Positions 25,241-35,150 of a stretch of 64,000 bases of DNA are shown piece by piece. Within the stretch, counting starts at the first letter, position 1. Each line of letters begins with the position of its first letter. Below the pieces are notes generated by a model. It searched no databases. It was given only the letters and a program-made list of their open reading frames with translations, and was not told the origin of the DNA. Source of the stretch: an uncultured Actinomycetota bacterium (GTDB lineage: Bacteria; Actinomycetota; UBA4738; HRBIN12); contig CAVXMB010000005.1 of assembly GCA_963762745.1 (NCBI GenBank), positions 72,283 through 136,282 on the forward strand, written 5' to 3'. A program made the position numbers and the translations under genes.

Positions 25241-26104
25241 GTGGAGATCGCGGTGGTCGGCGCCGGAACGGTCGGGACGGCGATCGCGGTCCTGCTCGAG
25301 CGGGCGGGCCACCGGATCGTGGGGGTCACCGGGAGGAGCGAGACGCCCACCCGCGTGCGCTCATACCTGCCCGAGGCGCCGTTCCTGGAGCCGGCCGAGG
25401 CGGCGGCCGCCGCGGAGCTCGTGGTGATCGGCACCCCCGACGACGTGATCGAGCAGACGGTGGAGGCCCTCGTCGCGGCGGCCGCCGTGGGGGCCGACAC
25501 GTCGGTGGCCCACCTGTCGGGATCGCTCGGTCTCGACGTCCTCAGGGCCGCCGGCGAGACGGGCGCGCGGATCCTCGCGATCCATCCGCTGCAGACGTTC
25601 CCCGACGTCGACTCGGCCCTGGCACGCCTCCCCGGCTGTTGGATCGCGATCACCGCCGAGGACGAGGAGGGACACATCCTCGGTGAGGAGCTGGCGGAGG
25701 ATCTCGAGGCGATCCCGTTCCGCCTCGCGGACGAGTTCCGGCCCCTGTATCACGCGGCTGCCGTGTTCGCGTCGAACTACCTGGTGACCGCATCGGCGAT
25801 CGCGGAGGGGCTCTTCGACATCGCGGGGGTGCCCGATCCGGCGGAGGCGATGTGGCCGCTGCAGCGCGCCTCTCTCGACCACGTCGAGCGTCTCGGGCCC
25901 GCCGATGCCCTGACCGGCCCCGCGGTGCGAGGCGACGCCGGCACGATCCGCCGGAACCTCGGCGCCCTCGAACGGTATGCGCCCGAGCTGGTGCCCTCCT
26001 ACGTGGCGATGGCCAGGGCGACGCTCGATCTCGCCGAACGATCCGGGCGGTTGCAGCCGAGATCGCGAGCCGCGGTGGAGGACGCGCTCGCGGCATGGAG
26101 CTGA
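25241..26104 (+). CDS. Rossmann-fold / DUF2520-type protein (oxidoreductase-like) preceding panC
   Basis: 287 aa. MEIAVVGAGTVGTAIAVLLERAGHRIVGV. Sits in the usual actinobacterial position upstream of panC. Confidence 0.75.
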   Translation: MEIAVVGAGTVGTAIAVLLERAGHRIVGVTGRSETPTRVRSYLPEAPFLEPAEAAAAAELVVIGTPDDVIEQTVEALVAAAAVGADTSVAHLSGSLGLDVLRAAGETGARILAIHPLQTFPDVDSALARLPGCWIAITAEDEEGHILGEELAEDLEAIPFRLADEFRPLYHAAAVFASNYLVTASAIAEGLFDIAGVPDPAEAMWPLQRASLDHVERLGPADALTGPAVRGDAGTIRRNLGALERYAPELVPSYVAMARATLDLAERSGRLQPRSRAAVEDALAAWS

Positions 26105-26949
26105 TCCGTGACACGGGCGAGCTGGAGCGAACCACCGCCTCATGGCGTGCCGGGGGATGGGTGGTGGGGCTCGTGCCGACCATGGGCTCGCTGCACGAAG
26201 GGCACGCCTCGCTGATCCGGCGCGCGCGAGAGGAGGTCTCACGCCTGGTCGTGTCGATCTTCGTCAATCCGGCGCAGTTCGCCCCGGGAGAGGATCTCGC
26301 CACCTATCCGCGCGACGAGGAAGGAGACCTCGAGGTCTGCCGGCGGCTCGGCGCCGATGCGGTCTGGGCTCCGTCCGTGGAGGAGGTCTATCCGCCCGGC
26401 GTGCCGCTGCCCGAGCCCGATCCCGGCCCGGTCGGCGAGACGTTCGAAGGCGCGGCACGGCCCGGTCATCTGCGGGGCGTGCTGAAGGTCGTACACCGCC
26501 TCTTCGACGTGACCGGGCCGTGCCGCGCCTACTTCGGCGAGAAGGATGCGCAACAGCTGTTCCTCGTTCGCCGGATGGTCCGGGAGATGGACCTCCCCGT
26601 CACCGTCGTGCCCTGTCCGACGATGCGGGCTCCCGACGGCCTCGCGCATTCGTCCAGGAACGCTCGTCTCGGCGCCGAGGAGCGCGATCAGGCAGGGTGC
26701 CTGTTCCTGGCGCTCTCGGAGGCGGCGACGCTCGCTCGCGCCGGGGAGACGAACGCGGCCGTCTTGATCGCGGCGATGGGTCGTGAGATCGGCGCGACAC
26801 CACTCGCCAGGCTCGATTACGCGGCCCTGGTCGGGGAGGACACGTTCGAGCCGATCGCCCGCGTGGACCGGCCCGCGCGCGCGATCGTCGCCGCACGGTT
26901 CCCCTCGGCGAGGCTCATCGACAACCTGCGTCTGCCACCGGCCGCCTGA
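26095..26949 (+). CDS. panC: pantoate--beta-alanine ligase
   Basis: ATG 26095 within track ORF 25852-26949. VPTMGSLHEGHASLI...VSIFVNPAQF...YPRD. Confidence 0.92.
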   Translation: MELIRDTGELERTTASWRAGGWVVGLVPTMGSLHEGHASLIRRAREEVSRLVVSIFVNPAQFAPGEDLATYPRDEEGDLEVCRRLGADAVWAPSVEEVYPPGVPLPEPDPGPVGETFEGAARPGHLRGVLKVVHRLFDVTGPCRAYFGEKDAQQLFLVRRMVREMDLPVTVVPCPTMRAPDGLAHSSRNARLGAEERDQAGCLFLALSEAATLARAGETNAAVLIAAMGREIGATPLARLDYAALVGEDTFEPIARVDRPARAIVAARFPSARLIDNLRLPPAA

Positions 26950-27050
26950 AGGCGCCGCCGAAGAGGGCGAGCGAGTTGTCGCCGCCCGGTCCGTGGGCCA
27001 CGATGGACCGTTCCTCCCATGGACCGCACGACCTGTGCTTGGAGCCCACG

Positions 27051-27818
27051 ATGCTGCTCACCGCCGACGTCGGCAATACGGAGACCGTGCTCGGGGTCTT
27101 CGACGGATCCGACCTCACGCAGACATGGCGTCTCTCCACGCAGCCGGAGCGCTCCGCCGACGAGCTCGCACTCGTCTTCTCGGGCCTGCTCGAGCATCGG
27201 AGCCTCTCCCTCGAGAAGCTCTCGGGGCTGTGCATCGCATCCGTCGTCCCCGACGTCACGCAACAGCTCCGTGAGATGGCTGCTCGCTACCTTTCCTTCG
27301 AGCCGCTGGTGGTCGGACCGGGGACGAAGACCGGCGTCTCCGTCCTCACGGACAATCCGCGCGAAGTCGGAGCCGATCGGATCGTCAACACCCTCGCGGC
27401 GTTCACGCGCTTCGGGGGCCCCGCCATCGTCGTCGACTTCGGCACCGGGACGAACTTCGACGTCGTCTCCGAGCACGGAGAGTTCCTCGGAGGCGTGATC
27501 GCTCCGGGGCTCCAGATCTCCGCCGCCACCCTGGTGCAACGCGCGGCAAGGCTCACCCGCGTCGAACTCGACGCGCCGCCTTCGGTGATCGGCAAGAACA
27601 CCGTGGAAGCGATCCAGTCGGGTCTCGTCTTCGGAACGGCCGGCGAGGTCGACGGGATCGTCGAGCGGATCCGTCGCGAGGTGGGCGCGGCGACGTCCAT
27701 CGCCACGGGGGGTCTCGCACCGGTCGTGATCCCCCATTGCCGAACGATCGATCACCACGAGCCGTTCCTGACGCTGGAGGGCTTGCGGCTGGTCCACGGG
27801 AAGAACACGGATGGCTGA
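27051..27818 (+). CDS. coaX: type III pantothenate kinase
   Basis: ATG 27051 within track ORF 26976-27818. MLLTADVGNTETVLGVF...GADRIVN...VVDFGTGTNFDV. Confidence 0.9.
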   Translation: MLLTADVGNTETVLGVFDGSDLTQTWRLSTQPERSADELALVFSGLLEHRSLSLEKLSGLCIASVVPDVTQQLREMAARYLSFEPLVVGPGTKTGVSVLTDNPREVGADRIVNTLAAFTRFGGPAIVVDFGTGTNFDVVSEHGEFLGGVIAPGLQISAATLVQRAARLTRVELDAPPSVIGKNTVEAIQSGLVFGTAGEVDGIVERIRREVGAATSIATGGLAPVVIPHCRTIDHHEPFLTLEGLRLVHGKNTDG

Positions 27819-29343
27819 GCCGGGCGACGCGGTCACGCGCTCGCGCGAGGAGGAGGTGCTCCGCGCCAGGCGCGAGTCCCTCGAACGCCTCGGAGACGAG
27901 GCGTTCGCGATCACCCTCCGCGACGCCCTCGGCGTGGACGAACCCACACCGACCGCGACGCTCCGCGAACGGTACGGGTCGCTCGCACCGGATCGCCGGG
28001 AGCAGGACACGGTCACGGTCGCCGGCCGCGTCGTCCTCAAGCGCGACATGGGCAAGCTGAAGTTCCTGACGCTCCGCGACGGGTACGGCGACATCCAGCT
28101 CGTCTGCAACCGCACGGAGCTCGACGACGAGCGCTTCGCGGCCCTCGACGAGGTGGATCTCGGAGACATCATCGCCGCCGCCGGACAGGTCGGGACCACC
28201 CGGCGAGGTGAGCTGTCGATCTTCGTCGAACGCTGGGCGATGCTCACGAAGTCGCTCAGGCCGCTCCCCGAGAAATGGCATGGTCTGAAGGACCCCGATC
28301 TGCAGCAGCGCCGGCGCTACCTCCATCTGATCGCCGACGAGACGCCGCGCCGTTTCCTCGCGGCGCGGGCGGCCGTCCTCCGCGCCCTCCGCGAGGTCCT
28401 TCACGAGCGGCGGTTCGTCGAGGTCGAGGGCCCGATGCTCCAGACGGTGGCGGGCGGCGCCAATGCCCGTCCGTTCACGACGTTCCACGAGGCACTCGGC
28501 ATCGAGATGAAGCTCCGGATCTCCCTGGAGCTGTACCTCAAGCGGCTGCTCGTCGGAGGGATCGAGCGCGTGTACGAGCTCGGGCGCAACTTCCGGAACG
28601 AGGGCATCGATCGCGATCACAACCCGGAGTTCACGATGCTCGAGGCGTACCAGGCCTACGGGGACTACACGACGATGATGGAGCTCTCGGAGGCGCTCGT
28701 CCGCGAGAGCGCGCGTGCGGCGAACCCGGTGATGGGTCGCGATGCAGGCGATCTGACGATCCCCTGGCGAGGCGCCGAGATCGATCTCGGCCCGCCGTTC
28801 CGGCGGCTCCCGATGCTCGAAGGGGTCTCCGCGGCGACGGGTGAGGAGATCACCCTGGATCGCACGGATCTGCGAGCCATCGCCGAGAAGCACGGCGTGC
28901 CGGTGGACGACATCTGGGGCCCGGGCAAGATCGTGGTCGAGCTCTTCGAGAAGCTGGTCGAGGACACGATCGAAGAGCCGACGTTCGTCCTCGACTTCCC
29001 CCGCGAGGTGTCACCGCTCGCGCGACCCCACCGATCCAACCCCGAGCTGACGGAGCATTTCGACCTCATCATCGGCGGCGTCGAGCTGGTCACCGCGTTC
29101 TCCGAGCTCACCGACCCGCTGGAGCAGCGCGCCAAGTTCGAGCTCCAGCTGCAGCTGAAAGCGGCGGGCGTCGGGGAGACACATCCCCTCGACGAGGAGT
29201 TCCTCCGAGCGCTCGAGCACGGCATGCCACCCGCCGGCGGCCTGGGGCTCGGCATCGATCGGCTCCTGATGGTGCTCACGGACGCGCCTTCCCTCCGCGA
29301 CCTCATCATGTTCCCCGCGCATCGCCCCGAAGCCGCCGACTGA
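27811..29343 (+). CDS. lysS: lysine--tRNA ligase (class II)
   Basis: 510 aa. OB-fold region VAGRVVLKRDMGKLKFLTLRDGYGDIQ. Class II motifs YELGRNFRNEGID and GGLGLGIDRLLMVL. Confidence 0.96.
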   Translation: MAEPGDAVTRSREEEVLRARRESLERLGDEAFAITLRDALGVDEPTPTATLRERYGSLAPDRREQDTVTVAGRVVLKRDMGKLKFLTLRDGYGDIQLVCNRTELDDERFAALDEVDLGDIIAAAGQVGTTRRGELSIFVERWAMLTKSLRPLPEKWHGLKDPDLQQRRRYLHLIADETPRRFLAARAAVLRALREVLHERRFVEVEGPMLQTVAGGANARPFTTFHEALGIEMKLRISLELYLKRLLVGGIERVYELGRNFRNEGIDRDHNPEFTMLEAYQAYGDYTTMMELSEALVRESARAANPVMGRDAGDLTIPWRGAEIDLGPPFRRLPMLEGVSAATGEEITLDRTDLRAIAEKHGVPVDDIWGPGKIVVELFEKLVEDTIEEPTFVLDFPREVSPLARPHRSNPELTEHFDLIIGGVELVTAFSELTDPLEQRAKFELQLQLKAAGVGETHPLDEEFLRALEHGMPPAGGLGLGIDRLLMVLTDAPSLRDLIMFPAHRPEAAD

Positions 29344-29567
29344 GCGGAGCGGTGACCCGCGTCACGTTCCGCGGGTGATGCATCTCACCCATCGGCTGTT
29401 ATCCACGTCACATCTCGCCGCTACGTCGGTCGCTACCTTCGACGCGTTCGACGAAGACAGGCCGAGAGGTCTGTCGGAGGCGGATGGCCCGGAAGCGCAC
29501 GGCCGAGAGGCCACGTGCGCATGCCGGGGAAGCAGGGGGTGGCCCCGTCGCACCCGGGGCATCCGTT

Positions 29568-29609
29568 GGGGGCCGGCTCGCCGAGGCGAGCCGGCCCCCT
29601 TCTCGTGTT
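29568..29609. terminator. strong GC hairpin (15-bp perfect stem) with T-rich tail on the + strand; likely bidirectional terminator
   Basis: GGGGGCCGGCTCGCC-GA-GGCGAGCCGGCCCCC followed by TTCTCGTGTT. It lies ~225 nt after the lysS stop and ~32 nt after the stop of the minus-strand gene 29641-29928. Confidence 0.7.
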
Positions 29610-29640
29610 GCAAGCGGTACGTGCGGAGATCTTCCCGCCG

Positions 29641-29928
29641 TCAGCGCTCGCGGACCCAGCGCTTGCCGGCGCCCCTACCACCGCCGCCGAGCGCGCCGAG
29701 ATCGACCAGGACGCCGATGATCACCAGCACGAGCCCCACGCCTTTCACGCCTCCGTACCGGTTCTCGGCCACGGCGTAGGCGAGCGTCGTCGTCGGGAGG
29801 ATGAAGAAGCCGATGAGCGGCCAGACCCAGGTGCCGAAGGCCGTCGACAGGTAGTCGGAGAACAGCCACAACACGACCATGATCGTGCGGGGCAGCAGGA
29901 GGACGAACAGGACGATCAGGCAGCCCAT
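29641..29928 (-). CDS. small membrane protein (95 aa, 3 TM), unknown function
   Basis: MGCLIVLFVLLLPRTIMVVLWLFSDYLSTAFGTWVWPLIGFFILPTTTLAYAVAENRYGGVKGVGLVLVIIGVLVDLGALGGGGRG. High GC3. 22 nt downstream of the receiver gene. Confidence 0.75.
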   Translation of the reverse strand: MGCLIVLFVLLLPRTIMVVLWLFSDYLSTAFGTWVWPLIGFFILPTTTLAYAVAENRYGGVKGVGLVLVIIGVLVDLGALGGGGRGAGKRWVRER

Positions 29929-29950
29929 CCGGGCACCCTATCCCTCCGGG

Positions 29951-30319
29951 TCAGCCGGCGCCGGCCGTCACCTCGTGGAGCACCATCAGGATGTCCTGGA
30001 GGCCCCGGCCTTTGGCGACGAACCCGGAGGCACCGGCGCCGCGCGCCGCGCGCTCCACGCCTTCGTCCGCGTGTGCCGTGAGGATCACGACCGGAAGATC
30101 CGGGGTCGACGAATGGATCCGCTGCATCGCCTCGATCCCGGAGATGTCGGGCATCGAGAGGTCCATCAGGACGACGTCCGGCTGGAGCTCCTTCGCGCCG
30201 ATGCAGGCGTCCTCGCCCCCGGAGGCCTCGCCCGCGACCTCGATGTCGCCGACCAGGCGGAGCGCGGACGCGAGCGCCTTCCGGAAGGCGGGATGGTCGT
30301 CGACAACGAGTACTCGCAC
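29951..30319 (-). CDS. single-domain response regulator (receiver only)
   Basis: VRVLVVDDHPAFRKAL...DVVLMDLSMPDISG...VVILTAHAD...GFVAKG. GTG 30319 is preceded by AGGAAG. The track ORF extends to 30433, so the start is uncertain. Confidence 0.8.
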   Translation of the reverse strand: MRVLVVDDHPAFRKALASALRLVGDIEVAGEASGGEDACIGAKELQPDVVLMDLSMPDISGIEAMQRIHSSTPDLPVVILTAHADEGVERAARGAGASGFVAKGRGLQDILMVLHEVTAGAG

Positions 30320-30792
30320 GATCTTCCTGCTCTCCTTCCAAAGCAGAGGCCCGGCCCGAGGCCCGACCTCGAAGCGGTGGGGAGACTCCCGTGGGGACAC
30401 GAGGAGCGGTTCGAAGATGCTGCCAGTCACCACCTCCCGTTACAACGGTCTTCCGGGTGGTCCTTCTGGTTCGAAAGGTCTATGCCTCGTCTCACCCGCC
30501 CCGCGGAAAGACCTGGATCGGAGTTTTCCTCAAGACCTCATCCCGGGAGCGACTTCTTCCGAAAGAGAAGTGTGAGAGTCGGATCCGACAACCGGGCGGG
30601 GCCTGGAGGACGGCCAGGAGGACGCAAGTGATGTGGCGTGACGTGCTGGCGTATCGGGGGCGCTGGGTATACTGCGTGCAGGAAGGCGCTGTGACCGGAA
30701 GGGAGCGGCGCCTCATGTCCCTCGAGGGTAGGACGGGGTCCGACGATCCTCGGGGCCGGACGGACGAGTCGCCGCCTGGAGGGATGTAGGGC

Positions 30793-33282
30793 ATGTTCGA
30801 GCGATTCACCGACCGAGCACGGCGAGTGGTCGTCCTCGCGCAAGAAGAAGCGAGGATGCTCAACCACAACTACATCGGTACGGAGCACATCCTCCTCGGC
30901 TTGATCCACGAGGGCGAGGGCGTCGCCGCGAAAGCGCTGGAGTCGCTCAACATCTCTCTCGAAGCCGTACGGCAGCAGGTCGAGGAGATCATCGGGCAGG
31001 GTCAGGCTGCGCCTACGGGTCACATCCCGTTCACGCCGCGCGCCAAGAAGGTCCTCGAGCTGTCGCTCCGCGAAGCGCTGCAGCTCGGTCACAACTACAT
31101 CGGCACCGAGCACATCCTGCTCGGACTGATCCGCGAGGGCGAGGGCGTCGCCGCGCAGGTGCTGCAGAAGCTCGGTGCGGACCTCAACCGCGTCCGCCAG
31201 ACCGTGATCCAGCTCCTCTCCGGCTACACCGCCGGCAAGGGTGAGCAGGTCTCCGGTTCCCCGGAGGGCAGCGGCCAGGGATCGATGGTGCTCGACCAGT
31301 TCGGACGCAACCTCACGCAGCTCGCCCGCGACGGCAAGCTCGACCCGGTGATCGGCCGCGAGAAGGAGATCGAGCGGGTCATGCAGGTCCTGTCACGCCG
31401 GACCAAGAACAACCCGGTGTTGATCGGCGAGCCGGGAGTGGGCAAGACCGCCGTCGTCGAGGGCCTCTCGCAGGACATCGTCCGCGAGGAGGTGCCCGAG
31501 ACCCTGAAGGGCAAGCAGATCTACACGCTCGACCTCGGTGCACTCGTCGCGGGCTCCCGGTACCGCGGTGACTTCGAGGAGCGCCTCAAGAAAGTGCTGA
31601 AAGAGATCAAGACCCGCGGCGACATCGTCCTGTTCATCGACGAGCTGCACACGCTGGTCGGCGCGGGCGCCGCGGAAGGCGCGATCGACGCCGCGAGCAT
31701 CCTCAAGCCGATGCTCGCGCGCGGCGAGCTCCAGACGATCGGGGCCACGACGCGCGACGAGTACCGCAAGCACCTCGAGAAGGACGCTGCGCTCGAGCGC
31801 CGGTTCCAGCCGATCGTGGTCGAGGAGCCGACGGTCCCGCACACCATCGAGATCTTGAAAGGCCTTCGGGATCGCTACGAGGCTCACCACCGCGTGAGCT
31901 TCACCGACGACGCGCTGGTCGCGGCGGCGAACCTCGCCGACCGCTACATCGCCGACCGGTCCTTGCCGGACAAGGCCATCGACCTGATCGACGAGGCCGG
32001 GTCGCGCACGCGGATCCGGCGGATGACCGCTCCGCCCGACGTTCGCGAGGTCGACGAGAAGATCGCCGAGGTTCGACTCCGCAAGGAGTCCGCGATCGAC
32101 GCGCAGGACTTCGAGGGCGCCGCATCGCTCCGCGACGAGGAGCGGCAGCTCCAGGAGGAGCGCCAGCGCCGCGAGCAGCGTTGGAAGGCCGGCGAGATGG
32201 ATGTCCTCTCCGAGATCGGTGAGGAAGAGATCGCCGAGGTGCTCTCGGTCTGGACCGGCATCCCCGTCTTCAAGCTCACCGAGGAGGAGACGGAGAAGCT
32301 CCTCCGGATGGAGGACGAGATCCATCGGCGGATCATCAGCCAGCACGAGGCCATCTCCGCGGTCTCGCGCGCGATGCGACGCACGCGCAGCGGCTTGAAG
32401 GACCCCCGCCGCCCGTCGGGGTCGTTCATCTTCCTGGGCCCCTCGGGCGTCGGGAAGACCGAGCTCTCCAAGGCGCTCGCGGAGTTCCTGTTCGGCGACG
32501 AGGACGCGCTGATCCAGCTCGACATGTCCGAGTACATGGAGAAGCACACGGTCTCGCGCCTGATCGGCTCCCCTCCCGGCTACGTCGGGTACGAGGAGGG
32601 CGGGCAGCTCACCGAGGCGGTCCGGCGCAAGCCGTTCAGCGTCGTGCTGTTCGACGAGATCGAGAAGGCCCACCCCGATGTGTTCAACACGCTGCTGCAG
32701 ATCCTCGAGGACGGGCACCTGACGGACGCCCAGGGCCACCAGGTCGACTTCAAGAACACGATCATCATCATGACGTCCAACCTCGGCACGAGGGACATCG
32801 CCAAGGGCGTGGGGATCGGCTTCATGGCGGCGCGCGACGATGCCGTCACGTACACGAAGATGAAGGAGAACGTGACCGAGGAGCTCAAGCGCTCCTTCCG
32901 GCCCGAGTTCCTGAACCGGATCGACGAGGTCATCGTCTTCCACTCGCTCACCCCCGAGGACGTGAAGCGGATCGTCGACCTGCTGATGAAGCGGGTCGAG
33001 GAGCAGCTCAAGTCCAAGGACGTCGACATCGAGCTCTCCGACGCGGCCAAGACGCTGCTGGCGGAGCGGGGTTACGACAAGGCGCTCGGCGCCCGGCCGC
33101 TGCGCCGGACGATCCAGCAGCTCGTCGAGGACCCGCTCGCAGAGAAGCTCCTGTACAAGGAGTTCCGGGCGGGAGAGACGATCATCGTCGACGTTCTCGA
33201 CGGCGAGATCACGTTCGAGCACGGTGCCGGCGTCATGCCCCCCGACACGCCGCCCGTCGAGCTCGCGGGCTCGACCGAGTAG
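30793..33282 (+). CDS. clpC: ATP-dependent Clp protease ATP-binding subunit ClpC
   Basis: 829 aa. Duplicated Clp_N repeat ([13 protein letters not shown] x2), two AAA modules ([16 protein letters not shown]) and a UVR-like linker [14 protein letters not shown]. Confidence 0.97.
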   Translation: MFERFTDRARRVVVLAQEEARMLNHNYIGTEHILLGLIHEGEGVAAKALESLNISLEAVRQQVEEIIGQGQAAPTGHIPFTPRAKKVLELSLREALQLGHNYIGTEHILLGLIREGEGVAAQVLQKLGADLNRVRQTVIQLLSGYTAGKGEQVSGSPEGSGQGSMVLDQFGRNLTQLARDGKLDPVIGREKEIERVMQVLSRRTKNNPVLIGEPGVGKTAVVEGLSQDIVREEVPETLKGKQIYTLDLGALVAGSRYRGDFEERLKKVLKEIKTRGDIVLFIDELHTLVGAGAAEGAIDAASILKPMLARGELQTIGATTRDEYRKHLEKDAALERRFQPIVVEEPTVPHTIEILKGLRDRYEAHHRVSFTDDALVAAANLADRYIADRSLPDKAIDLIDEAGSRTRIRRMTAPPDVREVDEKIAEVRLRKESAIDAQDFEGAASLRDEERQLQEERQRREQRWKAGEMDVLSEIGEEEIAEVLSVWTGIPVFKLTEEETEKLLRMEDEIHRRIISQHEAISAVSRAMRRTRSGLKDPRRPSGSFIFLGPSGVGKTELSKALAEFLFGDEDALIQLDMSEYMEKHTVSRLIGSPPGYVGYEEGGQLTEAVRRKPFSVVLFDEIEKAHPDVFNTLLQILEDGHLTDAQGHQVDFKNTIIIMTSNLGTRDIAKGVGIGFMAARDDAVTYTKMKENVTEELKRSFRPEFLNRIDEVIVFHSLTPEDVKRIVDLLMKRVEEQLKSKDVDIELSDAAKTLLAERGYDKALGARPLRRTIQQLVEDPLAEKLLYKEFRAGETIIVDVLDGEITFEHGAGVMPPDTPPVELAGSTE

Positions 33283-33328
33283 GTCGAACCCGCGTCACAC
33301 GCCGCGTCCCGAACGCGGCGGGAAGGCC

Positions 33329-33368
33329 GAAGCCCGGTCCCTCTCGAGAGACCGGGCTTCTCGGCATC
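33329..33368 (+). terminator. rho-independent-type terminator after clpC
   Basis: GAAGCCCGGTC-(CCTCTCGAGA)-GACCGGGCTTC followed by TCGGCATCTT, 47 nt after the clpC stop. Confidence 0.6.
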
Positions 33369-33386
33369 TTGGCCCAACCAGCTCGG

Positions 33387-33623
33387 CTAGCGAAGCGGAC
33401 GCAAGAACAGATCCACGGCACGGTCGCCGATCAGGCGCCCGTGGTCCACCCCTTGCTCGACCGCGTGCCGGAAGTGGAACCCGACGAGGATCCGTGAGAG
33501 CGCGTTCTCATCCGCCGCCTGGGAGAAGCTCGTGAACGAGCGCGTCACCGATGCCGCGTCGTTGCACGTGCTCCCGGCCGGCAGCGTCAGGCTGCAGGTC
33601 TCGAAGCTGATCTCGTCGGTCCC
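33387..33623 (-). pseudogene. C-terminal remnant of a PAP2 / vanadium-haloperoxidase-like protein
   Basis: Own translation, no usable start: ...ISFETCSLTLPAGSTCNDAASVTRSFTSFSQAADENALSRILVGFHFRHAVEQGVDHGRLIGDRAVDLFLRPLR*. The F.SF..AA.E...SRI..G.HFR..V..G...G motif is typical of that family's C-terminus. The upstream part of the frame is occupied by the sigma-factor ORF in another frame. Confidence 0.4.
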
Positions 33624-33985
33624 AGGTCGAGCAAGAGCATGCGGACGTCGTGGCGGAGCTCGATCTCGTCGTACGGGTCGCGATCCCGTTCGACAGGGAT
33701 GAGTCGCCGCCCCGCCCGGCGTGCGGCGCGCGCCCGCATCCGGGAACCGTTCAACGCCACGCGGAAGAGGTAGGCCGTCGGATCATCGACCCGATCGATC
33801 CGATCCCATCGCTCCCAGAGCTTCAGGAAAGCGTCCTGCACCAGCTCGGCGGCGTCTGCCCGGTTCCCCGTCACGAAGTACACGGCCTTGAAGAGTGCTC
33901 GATGCTGCTCCGCGAAGAACGCCGCGAAGTCCATCGGGACCGAGGCCCGCTCAGGGAACCGCAGAACGTCTCCCTCTGCCTGCAT
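33587..33985 (-). pseudogene. ECF sigma factor truncated after region 2 (no region 4 HTH)
   Basis: 132 aa. Region 2: ADAAELVQDAFLKLWERWDRIDRVDDPTAYLFRVALN. It ends ...RMLLLDLGPTRSASRPAA*, where the region-4 motif (L..LP..QR...) should begin. No HTH is present in any frame downstream. Confidence 0.6.
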
Positions 33986-34058
33986 CGCTTCCTAGATGCC
34001 ACCGAGTGGCTGAACGCTTAGGACCAGTCCCAGGATGAACCTTCGGGCGCTGCTGGGC

Positions 34059-35150
34059 TCACCTCAAGGAATGGACGGGGAGGAACTCCTGCACCAGAAG
34101 GGTGTCGTCGTCGACCCAGACCGCGTATTCGCCGGTCGCCACCTGTCGGTCCTCGCCCGTGGCGAGGTCGAACACATGGATGTAGGACTCACCGTGCTGA
34201 GAGACGATGAACGAGATCCGGCTTCCGTCGGGAGACCAGGCGGTGTCCGACGCGTTGTCCACGTCGAGGCTCAGCAGCTGCTCCTTCCGCGAGCCGTCGC
34301 CGTCCATGACCCATAACGAATGCCTCGCCTGGCCGCTTCCCATCCCGAAGCGGGCCGTGATGAACGCGATCCGCCCGGACTGCCCGTCCCAGGCGCCCTC
34401 CAAAGCGTGACGTTGATCCCGCCCGCCGGCAAGCACGCTGACGCGACCGGACTCGACCGTCACCGATCGCACCTCGACGCTCGTCGTGGTCGTCGGCAAC
34501 TCCGACGACGGGTCGTCGATCTCGGTCCAGGCCCAATACACGATCCGCGAGCCATCGGGGGACCACCTCGGGTTCCAAGGGTCCTTGGGTTCGGTGATGA
34601 CCTTGTGGGGCTTCCCGCCCTCGACGTCGATCACGAAGAGATCTCGCGAATCACCTGCACCGAATCCGACGTAGACGATCCGCGCGCCGTCCGGGGACCA
34701 GGTGGGATCGATGGCCTCGAAGGGATCATGGGTCAGTTGGCGAAGCTCGGTTCCGTCCATATCCATGATCCACACCTGGCTCCGCCCGCTCGTATCCGTC
34801 GTGAACGCGATCCTCGATCCATCCGGCGAGATGTCGTAGAGCCAACTACCTCGAGGCAGCGTGTGCACACTCGTCACTTCGCCGGTGGCTACGTCGATCA
34901 CGTACTCGCGCGGATCTCGCTCGGACCCCTCGACCGCTGTTCGGTCGTGGTCGGCCGACGGCACGCTGCCCGCAGCCACGACGATCGCCACGGCTGCGAC
35001 CACCGCTACCGCTACTCCTCCGGAGATCGTGATCGCGGCCCTGCGTCGCGCCCGGGCGATCGTTCGCTCCGGTGCAGGTGCGAACGTCGGCGCGTCCCAG
35101 GCCGCCTCGAACAGCCGTCGGCGTACGTCCTCGTGTGTGTCTTCAGGCAT
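34059..35150 (-). CDS. anti-sigma-like membrane protein with extracytoplasmic TolB-like (PD40/WD40) beta-propeller
   Basis: 363 aa. Short cytoplasmic N-terminus, TM ITISGGVAVAVVAAVAIVVAAG. Repeated ISPDGSRIAF / WSPDGARIVY / WSPDGSRIVY / WSPDGSRISF blades. Its start overlaps the sigma-factor stop by 8 nt. Confidence 0.8.
   Translation of the reverse strand: MPEDTHEDVRRRLFEAAWDAPTFAPAPERTIARARRRAAITISGGVAVAVVAAVAIVVAAGSVPSADHDRTAVEGSERDPREYVIDVATGEVTSVHTLPRGSWLYDISPDGSRIAFTTDTSGRSQVWIMDMDGTELRQLTHDPFEAIDPTWSPDGARIVYVGFGAGDSRDLFVIDVEGGKPHKVITEPKDPWNPRWSPDGSRIVYWAWTEIDDPSSELPTTTTSVEVRSVTVESGRVSVLAGGRDQRHALEGAWDGQSGRIAFITARFGMGSGQARHSLWVMDGDGSRKEQLLSLDVDNASDTAWSPDGSRISFIVSQHGESYIHVFDLATGEDRQVATGEYAVWVDDDTLLVQEFLPVHSLR

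Noticed and set aside
29375-29779. 134-aa plus-strand ORF in the lysS-terminator interval
   Set aside because: GC3 is clearly lower than in real genes. It reads through the terminator hairpin and then antisense into the small membrane protein gene. Its composition (R/S/T/P) is shadow-like. The region is better treated as non-coding RNA or a UTR.
30391-30789. 132-aa plus-strand ORF in the clpC leader
   Set aside because: There is no RBS, codon bias is poor, and it is Arg-rich. It would end 4 nt before the clpC start with no sign of coupling. I consider it a leader or promoter region.
31393-33222. 609-aa minus-strand ORF. The same class includes 55941-57647 (-), 47331-49268 (+), 5669-7453 (-), 40956-42686 (-), 51939-53144 (-), 62892-63977 (-) and 21080-22543 (-)
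   Set aside because: All are antisense to genes with unambiguous identities: clpC, groEL, the GAF kinase, kinase 2, carD/YacL, acs, the S9 peptidase and folP. All have shadow-ORF composition.
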